A DNA stretch of 64,000 nucleotides from Yuukianura sp. NJ FZ-2021 (lineage: Eukaryota): contig CM102289.1 in the NCBI GenBank assembly GCA_046563655.1, positions 9,176,001-9,240,000 of the forward strand, read 5' to 3'. The notes beneath the pieces were generated by a model that saw nothing but the letters and a program-made list of their open reading frames with translations, ran no database searches and was not told where the DNA came from. Position numbers and translations under genes: made by a program. Of this stretch, positions 38,701 to 53,198 are shown in pieces (the stretch's first letter is position 1; each line of letters opens with the position of its first letter).

Positions 38701-39575
38701 TTCACACATCGACTGTGCTGCTGAATTCAATCTTTGTTTTTTGGTCCAATAGCTCGGAACGCTGCGCTGGAAGTCAGAAATTCCGAAGCTGAAATCCAGT
38801 CTAGCCCCACATTTGTTCTGTGATCAGTTGTTGGTCGCCACTGAAGAAGGGATTAGCTCCATAAACTCCACTACTGGAAGTATTTCCAGTACTTTTCAGC
38901 TCAAAACAGTATGTACCAACTTTGCCGGCGACCGTGGTCCAGTACTTTGCGTCGGATCCGTTGAAGAAGTTTCAAGCTCTAACTTTCTGCATGTACTCCG
39001 ACTTCGGTCGAACAAATTCGAGGAAGTAAGGTTTCAATGGTTATGTTAATTAATTTGAATGAATTCTGAGACTAATCCTTATTCATTTGTAGGTCTGGAG
39101 AGTTCAAACTGATGGAATGGTCCATACGCCTGCGTTTTATTGTCATCGGACTCAATGTATATCGTTCCTCTGTTTGGTTTACATCACCAGCACAGGGAAA
39201 CTTGTAATCCTCAGACAGGCTCAGACATGCGTGGTGTATAACGAACTGGAACTTGGTGTGCCCGTAGCTTGCCCTCCGGCGTTTCTCGAAGTTGATGGTA
39301 CGACATACGTTGTCACTATTTCCAAGGACACCAGACGCCAAAATACAATTGAGTTCATCCTCGTCAGGGTTCCAAGGGATGTATACTCTGCGAAATTGAA
39401 TGATCCGCCGGAAGTGCTGACGTTTTATTCTCCACATGATGCGCCAATCCTGTCCAGTATTTTGATTGACGACGAATGTGTCGTCTTTGGGAGGAGGGAT
39501 GATCGATTGTACTTTGTGAACTTGGGACATAGAATTAGGCAAGTTCAGGACAAGAAACAGGAGATGACAAACTAA
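35708..39575 (+). CDS. AASDH: beta-alanine-activating enzyme (NRPS-like: adenylation, carrier and PQQ-type propeller domains)
   Basis: YAIRTSGTT, SPPTFDP, FGGEPCP, YNLYGTTELSCWA, RTGD, YKGRTD..MKRHG, PLTANGK; carrier motif NFIEAGGDS; GCVDATP propeller start; terminal VFGRRDDRLY. Confidence 0.9.
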
Positions 39576-40048
39576 CTGGACTGATCTGCGTTACCTAGAA
39601 CTAAGTTACACTTGTATTAATTAGTTAAATGAGTAATCGGTTAACGTGAGCTGAGCATTTGAGGTGTCAAAGGTCAATTTTCAATACTTTTCTAGATTAT
39701 TTCATATCCATAGCATTGGAGATGTTTTGTAGAAGCCTCAAACCATATGATTTCAATGCGCCAAAACATCTCTTTGAAAAGTAGAATAAAAAGTTGGGAA
39801 AAAAATCACAAGAACAATTTGAATTGGTTGCAGATTATTCGATTAGTTTTCCTTTGATTTAACTAACAATTGATTGAAGATTGTAAACGTGGGTTGATCC
39901 GTTCATCTTGGTGGTTGAATCGAGGAGGAAGTCTATTCAATTTGGCATTGAAGTTCGTAAGATTTTTAATTCTCATTGCATATTGTGAAATTTGAACAAT
40001 TTTAGTAAAAATTCTGATTAAATTTATTTAGGACAACCGAGGTCAAAC

Positions 40049-41220
40049 ATGATTAGTTCAAAGCTAATCTTGAGCTCCGGAGCCTTTGGTCATCCCATAT
40101 TGATGGTAAGTCGAGAATTAATTATGTTTTCGTACGTTAATTATAGATAAGAAAAGTAAGGAACTGAACTGCAAACTGTTTTTTTAGCTCCAGGCAAAGC
40201 GCAGCGCTGCAACGGCAGCAGCAGCATCGAAAAGGGTGAAGCAGTTTGCAGTGTACCGATGGGATCCGGACAGGAAAGACGAGAAACCGCGACTCCAGAA
40301 CTACGATATTGACCTCAACGCTTGTGGTCCAATGGTGTTAGATGCCCTCATCAAAATCAAGAACGAAATTGACCCGACATTGACCTTCCGTAGGTCGTGT
40401 CGTGAAGGAATCTGTGGTTCGTGTGCCATGAACATCGGAGGAGTCAACACCCTGGCATGTATCAGGTATGGTCCAGCATTAATCAATTTTGTTGTCTGAC
40501 TTGTAGAAAACGTAAGTAATTCGATTATTTTGGTTTGATCAACAGTAAAATCGATACTAACACGAACAAACCAACGAAGATCTACCCACTGCCGCATATG
40601 TACGTAGTGAAGGACTTGGTACCGGACATGAACAACTTTTATAACCAATACAAAGCAATCCAACCTTGGTTGCAGCGGAAGGACAACGACAAGCCAGGCT
40701 CTGCTCAGCTATTGCAGAGTGTCAAGGACCGAGAGAAACTGGTATGAAAAGTCGAAAGACAAACGTTTCTCTGATGGAGGTCAAAAGGTCACGTGTTTCT
40801 ACTTTTTGTTTCAGGATGGTTTGTACGAGTGTATCTTGTGTGCTTGCTGTAGCACTTCTTGCCCGTCTTATTGGTGGAACTCTGACAAGTACTTGGGGCC
40901 TGCCGTTCTGATGCAAGCTTACCGATGGATAATTGACTCTAGAGATGAAAAAACTGCAGAGAGACTGGACAAACTGAGAGATCCGTTTTCAGTATTCAGA
41001 TGTCATACCATCATGAACTGTACCAAGACTTGTCCTAAGGTACGTTCAAAATGTGCTCTAGGTCATTATAAAGGTCAAACATTAAATGTTGTTCCCCGAA
41101 AATCTTAATTTTCAGAGTCTGAATCCCGGAAAAGCGATTGCGGAAATCAAGAAGCTGCTGTCTGGAATAGCATCAAAGGAAAAGCCTGGATTGTCCGGAA
41201 AGTTGCCAGCAAACTACTAA
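40049..41220 (+). CDS. SDHB: succinate dehydrogenase iron-sulfur subunit, mitochondrial
   Basis: [84 protein letters not shown]; 5 exons. Confidence 0.97.
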
Positions 41221-42066
41221 AATGCTTCCTAGATTTCGTCACCGTTAGAACTTTACTGTATTCCGAACGTCAAGAATACGACGTAGCCTAGGTGACCTAG
41301 GTCATTCAATAGTGATTGAACGGCACACCCCAATACCCTATTAAAAATTAAACAATTAAAATATGTTCAATATGCATGAAAATTATCATGATTTCGATGG
41401 CGCTTTGAAATGAAGTTAGAAAGTGTTGAAGTGATAGAGCCGGATCCTGGATACGCTAAAATTGACATGACAAATGAGCCAATTAAGGTCAAAGCCTTGG
41501 ACAATTTAGGAATCCAGAACCGATGTCTATCATTTCCACACTTTTTAGCATTTGTGTCTTAATTATCATAACAATTGAAATGATGTACATGAAATTGTAA
41601 ATTCAGGAGTGTCAATTTGCTCAAAATGTCATGAAATTAAAGTAACCTAGCTCCTCCCAAGAGGTTGGCCATGTGCCAATTATCCAATCAGGGATTAGCA
41701 CATGAGCAATTTTGCCGTGTTGGAGGTTTGTGATTGTATTTTGAAGTGATAAAAAAAAAGTCTAACATTAGGTGAATCTGCCAAGGAAAACCGGGGAACA
41801 GCGGAGTGTGTAACACTTGGAGAGTACAGGAGCAAGTGAAGACTCTTTTGACTTTGTCATACGGTAATTGAGTAAGTTGTTTTTTCAATTAGTACTTTGT
41901 CCATACCCTGATTGATCCCCTCTTCTATACTGGAAGTTGGATGAACGTGGAATCGCTGGAATCCAACTTCTCTCCTGCTGTACTCTTTCCTTTTATTCAT
42001 TGTTTGACAGGCGGACGCGGAGGTTGCGTGTCACTGCGGAGACATCGATTAAGGATCTTCATCATC

Positions 42067-43532
<1,466 letters not shown>

Positions 43533-43935
43533 ACCAGCACTAATCAATTCAAAGTCCTGCTCACTATACGTCCACCGTCAATCCTTGATAAAAAAATCTT
43601 TCATCTGTTACTACTTTGAAAAAAAAAAGTTTTTTTTTTTCAAAAACCTAAACTCCCTTCTGTTTCTTTTCGTCACCTCAAGGCAACTTCTTTCGATTTA
43701 CTACATTCGGGCACTAATTCAACTTACTAATTAAATTATATCAAGCTTACTCGGTCAAAAAGTCAAATTGTTAACAGTTATCCAACTGATTTTGTTGAAT
43801 AAAACCATAAAAGACAACAAACGACATTTTAAGTGAACAGAACAACATTTTAATTGTTAAAAAAAACTAGAAACTAATTGCCTTCAACTAATTGAATCCT
43901 TTGATTAACTGACTTTTACTCCTCTGTCCAGGGGG

Positions 43936-45749
43936 CTACTCACTCTTGATACTCTGCCTAATGAAGCGATCGTAGCTTGGTGACCTCTGTGGACGAAATT
44001 CGTTCCTCCCGCCGCGGAAACTGCGTTCGACGTTTCGCCGATCTTGACCGAAACCCGTTCGTGATCCAGACGGAGCGTAACTTCCAGGGCCAGTCGGCTG
44101 CTGCGGGGCTCCAGCGACTTCTACGTCTAAACAGTCGCTTATAGTCTGCAAGTATTTGAAAATTAACAATTAAAATACGTTGACTAATCGTCGTAAGCAA
44201 ATCTTGCTAGTTGGAACGTACCGTTTCTGAAATCTGATTTGCCGACTGCAGTGCTTTGACAATCCGCTCAAACTCTACCGTAACGTCTTTGTTATCCAGG
44301 CGGTCCACGGCCAGTTTAACTTTGTCCAACTGTAAAGCAGAAAGCGGTCGTATCAATTAAAGATTAAAGTAATTAGTCAAATTAATTAGTTAATCAAGAA
44401 GTGTACCTACCACTTCTTGGAACACTGTCTGCTTTCGGCTTGGATCTGCAGCATCGAACTCAACAGAGTAGCGAAGGATGGGTAGACAGTCATCTGGTCG
44501 ATTGAGTTCAGCCAATGCCCACAACTGCACGGAAAAAGTTAGAATGTCAATGTCATTGGATGTCACTTATTCATATTTCGCGATGTCGGCGACATTATGT
44601 CACCGGATGTAAACTTACTTTAAGGTTTCTGATACTGACGTAGTTTGAGCTTCGTGAGTTAGTCAGAATTTCAAGTGCCACTTGAGGAGCGTTTTGATTA
44701 AGGGCAAGGGCGCTGACGAAAGCGATAGCTCTTCTGACCGGTTCAGCTCCGAATTCCTTCATTTCATTTAGTAACTTCAGAGAGTACTCGTACGATTGCA
44801 AAGTATTCTGGAAAAAAACAGCATTTTAAGATTATAATGTGAGAAAGAGAAAGAGAATGCAATTGGATGAAGTTGAGTTGACATTTGAACTCACCAGTTT
44901 GTAACAAGCACCGAAGACCAAGATGATGACGTTCCTTGGAAACTTCAGTCCTTGAATTTGTTTAGATTTGACTATGTCGAAGACTTGCAAAATCTCGTCG
45001 TACATTCCATTGCGGTAGAGAAGATCGCATAAAATTTGGTATGAACCAAGTTGTTCAAAGAAACTGTCCAGCTCGGGGTCCAAGAATGCCTCCAACGCTT
45101 GTTTTGGTTGATTCAAATGATGGTACATTCTCATCACTACTGGCCCAAAAATGAAGTTTCCAAACCGGAGGTGTTTATTTTGGCTGTTGAATCTATGGCA
45201 AACAAAAATCGGTGAAAATCGGTCTATCTTCCAAGATTAAGTGTTCTAACATTTCGACAAGACAGACAGACAGCAGACAGATCGACGGAAATTCAGACAG
45301 ACAGACAGACACTCATGAATAAAATCATAAAGTGTAAGCATAAAGGTAGGATGAATTACCGTTTCATCATTTGATGAATTAGCTTCAAGTCTTCTGGACT
45401 GTCTCCGATGAGATGAACCATGTGCTTCAAGTCTTCAGTGAAAATCATGTTCTTTGTATCCGAGTACGAAAATTCACTCATCTTGTCTTTGAATTTGTCT
45501 GACATTCCTGTAAATTGTGTCTGCGTTCGGACTCTTTGCTTTTCGTAGCCATCTAGACCAATCGCTTCAGCGGTAAACAGAGTCCTCGAACACTTCGGAG
45601 CCGGAAGTCGGAGAGCTATGAAATATACAATATCGTAATTAAAGTACTGCCAGTATTACTGCCACTGTTACCGAAAGCTATTTAACAACATTACCTCTTG
45701 ATAGGATTCCGGCAGCGTTGAGTGCTTTGAGGCTCAGTTTCGATGCCAT
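43936..45749 (-). CDS. PTCD2: pentatricopeptide repeat-containing protein 2, mitochondrial
   Basis: Targeting-type N-terminus MASKLSLKALNAAGILSR; IFTEDLKHMVHL; LRFGNFIFGPVVMRMYHHL; FFEQLGSYQILCDLLY; ACYKL; ALALNQNAP. Confidence 0.85.
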
Positions 45750-46458
45750 TGCTTTCAGCGATTTGAGAAACTGGTACTGGTAGAAATTCAATTTCTTGTT
45801 CAATTAGATTGATGACAACCGGTTCCACTCCTCTTTCGTGATTGGTCGTAAAATTGACAATACAGGAATGCTCAAGATTCGTGTCAATTAAGTTTCTAAA
45901 CGCTTTGTGTTTGTACAGCAATCCTATTAAGCCGCTTTCGGTTTATGAAGAAGATGCAACGAAGCGCTTTTCGTCAGCAAATAAAAATTGCACAAAAGAA
46001 ATTGAAAATTTGTGAATTCCGAATTGCACAAAAAAAAATAGCGGATAAAAGCACAAGATTTTTGGATTGCCGCTTGGCACAGTCAGGACGCAGTCATTGA
46101 CAAGAGATGGCGAAGGCAGTCCTGGATCTAATGCCAAAGTAGCAATCAAAAGGAATTTTTCAAAATTTTGAAAATCTTCATTTGCTGATTCGAAAATATA
46201 TAACTTTCCAAGTTTTACCCAAGTTTTGATGAAATTCAGCAAAATCGTTTCATAAACGAACTAACTTGGCTCCAATTTATTTATCATTTCCTTAAAAACA
46301 TTCTGAAATACTTAAACTATCATACACAATTTCTTTCCCAAAAGTCTAAATCCATATTTTTTCAAATTTCGAAATGTCAAAAACAGTTTTTCGAATTTCG
46401 AAGTTAGTAATTCAAGCTGTAGTCTACAATTGGCTAATTCTAAGTTTCATTGTTAAGT

Positions 46459-47306
46459 TTATGCTACAACGCGGGCATCTGGAGCGAAAACTCTAGGTTT
46501 GGCCATATCTGCATGGAATTCCTCTTCGCCTAGCCCCCCAAAGACCATGTGACCCAACAGGTCACTCTGATCTGTCACTGGCTTTCGATTACTATCGGCT
46601 AGTGAATTTTTTCCCGCGTAAAAAGATTCTCCCTTTGGTCGTCTTTTGGCGGGAGTTTCAGTTTCTTCAGTGTGTACTGCACCGTTGGGCACGGGGACTT
46701 GACCTTTGACCTCTCCCGGGTTCGCTGACCGGAGCTCCTCCAGCTCTTTTTCGCGGATAATAAACGAAGTGTGGCGAAATCTCTTCTTTTCCCGCGTCCC
46801 CAGCTCTTTACAGCACATGTACAAAACGCCCTAAATTCAAAATTCAGTTCATCAAATTTTCAAATCTCAAAATTTCCCAGAAACGTAATGACTCGATGTT
46901 AAAAATTCAAAAATTCAGTTTATTGACTCAAAATTTCCGAGAAGTCGTAATAGCTCGGTGTTAAAAATTCAAAAAGCTCCAAGTTTTCCAAGAAGATTCA
47001 AAAATAGATTATGGCGTAAACTGAAATAAGTGAAATCGTATAAAAATTTTGCATTTCATAAACAAAACTATTATTCCAAAAGGAAATTGAGGTGATTCTT
47101 TTTAGAAAACACTTTTCTCTTGTTTTTTTTCCCTCAAAAATCTGTCTAAAATTCATGGTTTTAGTTCGTCCCAAAGTCAATGTCGACTAAGAAATTCACT
47201 TTTGCGAAAAATTTTGAAAACGCTGTAATTTTGAAGTTGAACAACTTACAACAATTACGACAAATGAGAGACAGAGTGCAAGGAGTATCAATTCCGATGA
47301 TTCCAT
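46459..47306 (-). CDS. small single-pass membrane protein of unknown function (~142 aa)
   Basis: Exon 47306-47250 (MESSELILLALCLSFVVIV, GTAAGT donor) joins in phase 0 to 46830-46459 (GVLYMCCKELGTREKKRFRH...): N-terminal TM, juxtamembrane CC and basic cluster. Confidence 0.6.
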
Positions 47307-48145
47307 TTTTGTTTTAAAACTTAAAATCCACTTTTAAAGTTTTAAGTCGTTAAGTGAACTTCTGATTACAGACTAACTTCCACTTTCCATCAACTTTAAA
47401 CTTTCTGCCAATAAAAGTCTGAGAATCAAATAAGAAAATGGAAGTTGTTTATATTGAAGTATAGTTTTCAACTCGTTTACAAAATTCAACTTTTAATCTT
47501 ATAGCTAAAGTTCATCATAAAATAGCGGCTGGACGAAAGACTGAGCCTAATCTTGAACATGTAAAATTTAACCTAACATTTTTTTGCAAAAGAATCACAC
47601 TAATGTTATCTCAAAATTTGTCCTTTGATCAAGTAATCTCTGACTTTTTAGTTAAATTTTTTTTTGGACTGGACTTTTTAGTATAAAAGTTCAAGTTCTT
47701 TTACATTTTGGATTCCCATCAACCAGTTTTCCTTGATTTTCACACCTTTAAGTTTTGTTCAGGGTCAAACTTAGAAATTTTCAAAGCTGAAGGCTTCATA
47801 ACTAACGTAAACATAGAACAAAAATTTTTTAAACAATCTGAAAAAATGTTTTGTAAATTTTTATAATAGAAGATCGACAGGCATGTAAACAGGATGAGCG
47901 AAAAAAAACACAAATCTGTTTTTGATTTGCAACTTCCGGAGGCTAATAAGTTCCCCCATAAAACTTTTTTTTAACATTTAGCATTTCAAAAAAGCTTTTT
48001 TAAAAGCTTTTGCATCGGGTGAAAAACAAAGCGTCGCAAAAAGCACCCCGGCAGGTTTTGCTCATCGCGACCTCAAAATCATACTATTTCTGGTACTTTT
48101 TTGTGCACCCTACTGTGGTTACCAGGATATCCAGAAGCTAGGTTA

Positions 48146-48419
48146 CCGTAAATCTCCGAATAGAGCACTCTGGATTCGAAATTTTTAAATTCAGGTTCTC
48201 TCTCTCTCACCAAATGTGAGGCTCAACGAATAACTGTGCAGAAAAAATAATGAGCGGAGTGGGACTCGAACCCATATCTGTTCAATCCGGGAAGAGCTCT
48301 ATCCATTGAGCTATCTGTCCTTCCACACACCTTCAATGAAATTGTTGCCAACTTAGCGACACTAACTTAGCACAACTGAGGAAAGATAGTACCCAGAGAC
48401 AAAATTTGGAGATTTACGG
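48146..48419. mobile_element. Tc1/mariner(pogo)-type MITE, TA target duplication
   Basis: TA|CCGTAAATCTCCGAAT ... ATTTGGAGATTTACGG|TA, 15/16 inverted match. Confidence 0.7.
48250..48320 (-). pseudogene. tRNA-derived sequence (tRNA pseudogene or SINE head)
   Basis: Minus strand GGACAGATAGCTCAATGGATAGAGC...GTGGG-like T arm ATGGGTTCGAGTCCCAC: A box and B box intact; acceptor and anticodon stems do not pair well. Confidence 0.6.
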
Positions 48420-48792
48420 TACTTTTTTTTGGTTATGGTTTCTTTGTACTACAAAAGACAAAATAGAGCCTGCCTTGCGCTGAAACCTTTGAAAGACGAC
48501 CCCACTATACAGTAAACTTCCCTGCACTAAAAGTGTTTAGCCTTATAGTACTTTGCCAACTTTCTTATAGGCTTTTCTGCGCGTATTTCGTGAATGGGTG
48601 TGGGCTGTGTCTCTCTCCTTTGCCTTTTAGCCTTTCCAGATCAATATAGGCACCAAGTACACTTTTGCATACGGCATCTTCAATAATTTTTGCAGTTGGA
48701 ATAGAATTTTGGAATTGTGAATTGTGATTGTGCTAAATTTGGAAAGTTCAGAAATTTGAATTTTTGTGTTTAGTTTTAAGTTGAAACTTCCA

Positions 48793-50826
48793 ATGGCCAA
48801 CCATAGGATCTACTCCCCCTTAATTCTGCTTCTAGTTCTTCTACTGACCAGTTCTTCAGCTTCCAATTCCAGACTAGGTCAGTTTCAAAATTACCGTTTT
48901 CTAAAATTTTGAAAAAAAAATAATTTTTGAATTTTGATTTTAGTGAGGGTAAAGAGAGCACACCCACCTAAAACTGATGGAATCCAAGTCACAAAGGCTA
49001 CTTTTAATAACACCGAGGGCAAAGAAGGTGACACAGAAAAAATTTTGAAAAAAATTCTGAAATTTTAATTTTGGAAATTTTGAAAATTTAGAAATGGTGA
49101 AAGTGACGCAGAAATTTGAGAAGGGGACTAACAGTACAATTAAATGGGACGGTGAAACGGCAAATTTTGTTTGCAATTTGGCCAGAGGAACGGCTCCACC
49201 GGAATCCAACCAATGGAAAGTCGCCTGGCGCTTAAGTAAAATCAACTAACCTAACAAAAGAAACTTAAAAATTTAAAAGAATGTTTCAAAATTCTCTTTT
49301 TTTCAAAATTGTAGAAGAAGATGGAGTGTATCAGTTACCATCAAGCCTCAGAAACAACCCTGACGAAAGGTTTGTGTACGACGAAAACACGACCTCAACG
49401 TCAATTGTAATCCAGAACGTGACGTACACTGACAGAGGTTGGTATCAATGTGCTCTCTACGACTCTCACCGATGTACATCCGCACTCAACGATCTAACAT
49501 GCATTGTATCAACTTATGAAATTCAGCTCAGAGTTAAAAGTAAGCACAAACCTAAGATAAAGTCATAACGATATAGAAAACGAGAACAAAAATTGAAACC
49601 CTTTTCGCGAAAAAAAAGCGCAGTTAGGGTCTTGGTGAGGCAAAAAAGAATCAACTATACAAAAGTAGCGAAAGTTAAACAATTTTTTTTCGAAATTGCA
49701 GATCGAATGGACAAGGTGTATCCGTCGGTGTCAATTTGTGTTGAAGTAGTACTTCTTTTTCTTATTATTGTCATCTACGAAACACGAAAGAGCAAGACAG
49801 AAGTAGAAGAGAGCGATACTGAAGGCAGCCCAGATCAGTAAGTTCTAAAAAAATTATCTAGTATGTTGGGTAAAGTGTTAGTTTTTTTTTTGAAAACGAC
49901 TACTTGACAAAAAGAAAGGCGAACAACGGAATTTTAGGACAAAATTTTTTTGAAATTGAAATCAACCTTTAATAATTTTGGATTCAATTGTTTTTTTTTT
50001 CGGTAGCCAGCCTTTACATGGTTAGTTTGTATTAAGAGTCATTATATCCGGCACAGTCACATACTTTATATAAAAACAAGTTTCAAGTCTATTCTCCTCT
50101 AAACTTCCAAAATCCAACATTACAAATGACAGGTAACGTCAAACTTCTTTTTAAAAAGTTACTCGCGTTCAAAATTTTGAAACTAAAATATTAACTTTTT
50201 TCAAATTTTCAACCCTCAAATTGGTTTGGTTTGAAACCCTTTGTAGATTTGACGATTTCAACCCTGCATTTTCACACAAGAATCTTGCATTGTAGATAAA
50301 ATTTAGATTTTACCGAAAGAAAATTTTTGCACTCACACAGTTAGATAGAAAACTTTGCTTTAAGTTTTTCAGAATTGACTATAGTTTTGGATAGTCTTGG
50401 TTTCAGTAAACTTTGGGCATGTTGTGAAAAAAATTGACATCTTTTCCCCCCAGTTTGAATGAAATTTTGACTTTTTAGAACAGACATCTGCACCTTTTCA
50501 AATTTGAGAGGGTGATTTTGTAGTATGTGCACTGTAGATTTTTCAAGTATTAGACTCTAGAAATTTCTGATTAAGTTTGAGCTGACTTTAATTAACCTTG
50601 GTTTTTGTCATTCTCTGCTTTTTTGTCCCGTTTGCCTAAAAAGTTCTACTTTTTTGAAAATCCATTTTGCATGTTTTATCTTATGAATTTTTAAATTTCT
50701 TATCGAGGGCAAAGACTCAAAGTGCTTCTGAGAATTGACTTTATTTTTTTGAACTTTTGTAGGAAAAATGTGAGTGACACAAATGGTGAAGGAGTATCAG
50801 AAGCCACAAGACTTGCTAAAGATTAA
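48793..50826 (+). CDS. basigin/neuroplastin-like protein with a single Ig domain
   Basis: Signal peptide MANHRIYSPLILLLVLLL; exons at 48944, ~49092, 49315, ~49702, 50763; Ig motifs DGETANFVC..W..IQNVTYTDRGWYQC..IQLRVK; TM YPSVSICVEVVLLFLIIVIYE with intramembrane Glu; EVEESDTE tail. Confidence 0.8.
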
Positions 50827-52718
50827 ATTTACAACAACAGCTAATGTTTAACTAAAGTTAACTTTTTAAAGTTAACTGCAGTTAGCAGAAAAAAGCAGGC
50901 GGCAAGTATTAACTTTGAATCTAGTGAACTAGTTAAGTAGTAACATGAAATCTGGTCATCAAATCCTTTGGCGCGTAAATAATGGATTTGCCATGGCTCA
51001 AAAAACTCATATTTCGTGTCTTGCATTTTGTATTCACTTCTGTAGGTTAAATCTAGGTTAATTTAAGGACTAATTACAATTACAATTAAATTTAACACAC
51101 ATTTCCTGTTCGCTTTCCTTTCACTTTCAAAATTTCCCATCTAAAACTGCTGTGTTTTGCAATTTTCAATTTTTTGTGCCACCAAAGTCTTCCTTGTCAA
51201 AAATGTTCATTTCCTTGCATTCATTTTTCAAAAGTGTCAAAAACCTCAACAATTATTTAAGTCTGTCGAATCATAAATTTTCGGTAATTTTTTTTTTCAA
51301 AAAAATTTCAGCCCACTCAATTTTTTTTTCAAAGTGACCTTTAATCCGGCAGCGTGAATTTTTTTTTACCGAAATTTTTGTTTTCTTAAAAAATTGTGCT
51401 AATTTTTTTTTTCTGAGGTCACTGCAGATTTGGCAATTGTAAAATTTAAAATTTACAAACTTTGAGAGCAACTTTTTGTCTAACTTTAGCGTGTCTTAAT
51501 TGAGCATTTAAATATTTAAAGTCCTTTACCTTGAATCTCTACGTTCATTTTTTAAGTACCAGTTATCGAATGGTGCTAAAACTGCTAAAGATGTTACCTT
51601 AATTAGTAATCTCCGAAGGCTAACTTTTTCTGTACTTAATAAAAGTTGTGTCGTAGTCATTTCCAGATCTGAAATATATTTTTGTCTCTTTTCGAAAATG
51701 GAAAAATTTTATGTTTGCAAAAATGAAAAAAATTCACTTGTGTTCCCCCTTCAACCTTTCGCTGTCTTTCGTTTTGATCAATTTCTGCACAAAAGTTTAA
51801 CATTTTAGGTAAAATTTATGCAAGTGGAAACTCAATGAGCCTTAGCCAATCGTAGTTAAGTTTAGCAGCACTTAATTAAGAATGTAATAATTAGTTAATT
51901 AGAATTTAATAATTAATTGATACGTACCTAACTGAGCAGCGTTAGGAACAGAGGCAGAATAAAATAAGTTAAAAACTAAACTGTTATGATCGGGTGTTGC
52001 TAAATTTAAGAAACTACACTATACCAATTGTTAATTAATTATAATTACACTTAAAACTTTAAATTTTTCCGGCAGCGCACAGTTAAGTTGAGGCAACTGC
52101 GGACAAATCACGCGGACAATTCAACACTTCACTGCCTTTTGCAGCGACTCGTCACCGGTCACCGAAACTGTTTCATTGGAAGTTAAAAATTTCAAAATTT
52201 TGAAAATTTCAAAAAAGAAAGTGTCAAAATGTGATTATGAGTTGATTTTTATGTTAAAAGGTCATAGGTCATAGGGGTCAAGTGGAATTGGGGCTACAAA
52301 GATTTAGCTTCCACAGACCTTATACAAAGACATGTGTAAAACTGAGGGAGATGTTGCTGTTCTTTTATTAAAATATAAATTAATAAATAGAATATAATAA
52401 TCTTTGAACACAATAATTTCATTTTTTGTTTCCTAAATAAAAAAAATACAAATTTATGGCGAATTACTAAACATTTTGTACGCGGAAATACTTTTCTGTT
52501 TTAAACTGTTATGGAATTTCCATAATTTTCAAAATTGTTAACTGTGACCATGAAATTATTCAAAAAAAAACTGTAACTGTTTTTGTTGAAGTGTTAATTT
52601 TAAATGTTAATTAACACTAGAAGTAGTACATGCAGAAGTCAACATGGATTTTAGTTTTCCAAAAGTGTTTCAAGACTTGCAACATTTAAAAAATTTTAAA
52701 ACTTTTCAAAAAACAGTC

Positions 52719-53198
52719 ATGCAAAGTTTTTTGAAAAGCGTTGCTTTCATCTTCGTGTTTGGAGTTTCTTCAAACTTTTGGATTAGACCTGACCTGGTTC
52801 AAGGCCTAATGCAATATTCAAGTAAGTTACACTTTTAAAAACTCTTTTTAATTATTCAAAAATTTGAAAACTCCAGAAAATGAAATTGTGTTTTATTTTT
52901 AGTGTTGCCTGGAAACTGCTCGTTTTTGCAAAGCTATACTCCGCCAAACGCTTCCTGTACTTTCTGTATTTGTTTTCCAATTAACTCTTACAACTGCTGG
53001 ACAAACAAGTTTTGTGTAAATTTTGGATTTGTGACTAAATCGGTTACAACTACGTCACTTGCCCAGAAACCACAAAGTAACATTAAACAAACACAGAATA
53101 GTACAAATGCAACGCTGTTGATGGATTCTCCGAAAATCAATTCCACAATTATCTCTGAAGCGTCTACTTCTAATCAAAATGGAACACAAACTGGCTAG
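52719..53198 (+). CDS. small secreted six-cysteine protein (pacifastin/VWC-like spacing) with Ser/Thr-rich tail
   Basis: Exons 52719-52821 and 52903-53198 in frame; hydrophobic N-terminus; C-x12-C-x2-C-x-C-x7-C-x5-C. Confidence 0.55.

Noticed and set aside
35708..39575. NRPS-like gene as horizontal transfer or biosynthetic cluster
   Set aside because: Architecture is the standard animal AASDH, with introns and housekeeping neighbours.
41410..41646. Possible two-exon ~38-aa ORF between SDHB and PPIB
   Set aside because: Too short, weak donor, no recognisable similarity.
45260..45310. (CAGA)n tract, and short tandem duplications near 19297-19356 and 46862-46978
   Set aside because: Ordinary slippage repeats in introns with no sign of function.
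48250..48320. Functional tRNA gene
   Set aside because: Acceptor and anticodon stems do not pair convincingly; kept only as tRNA-derived.
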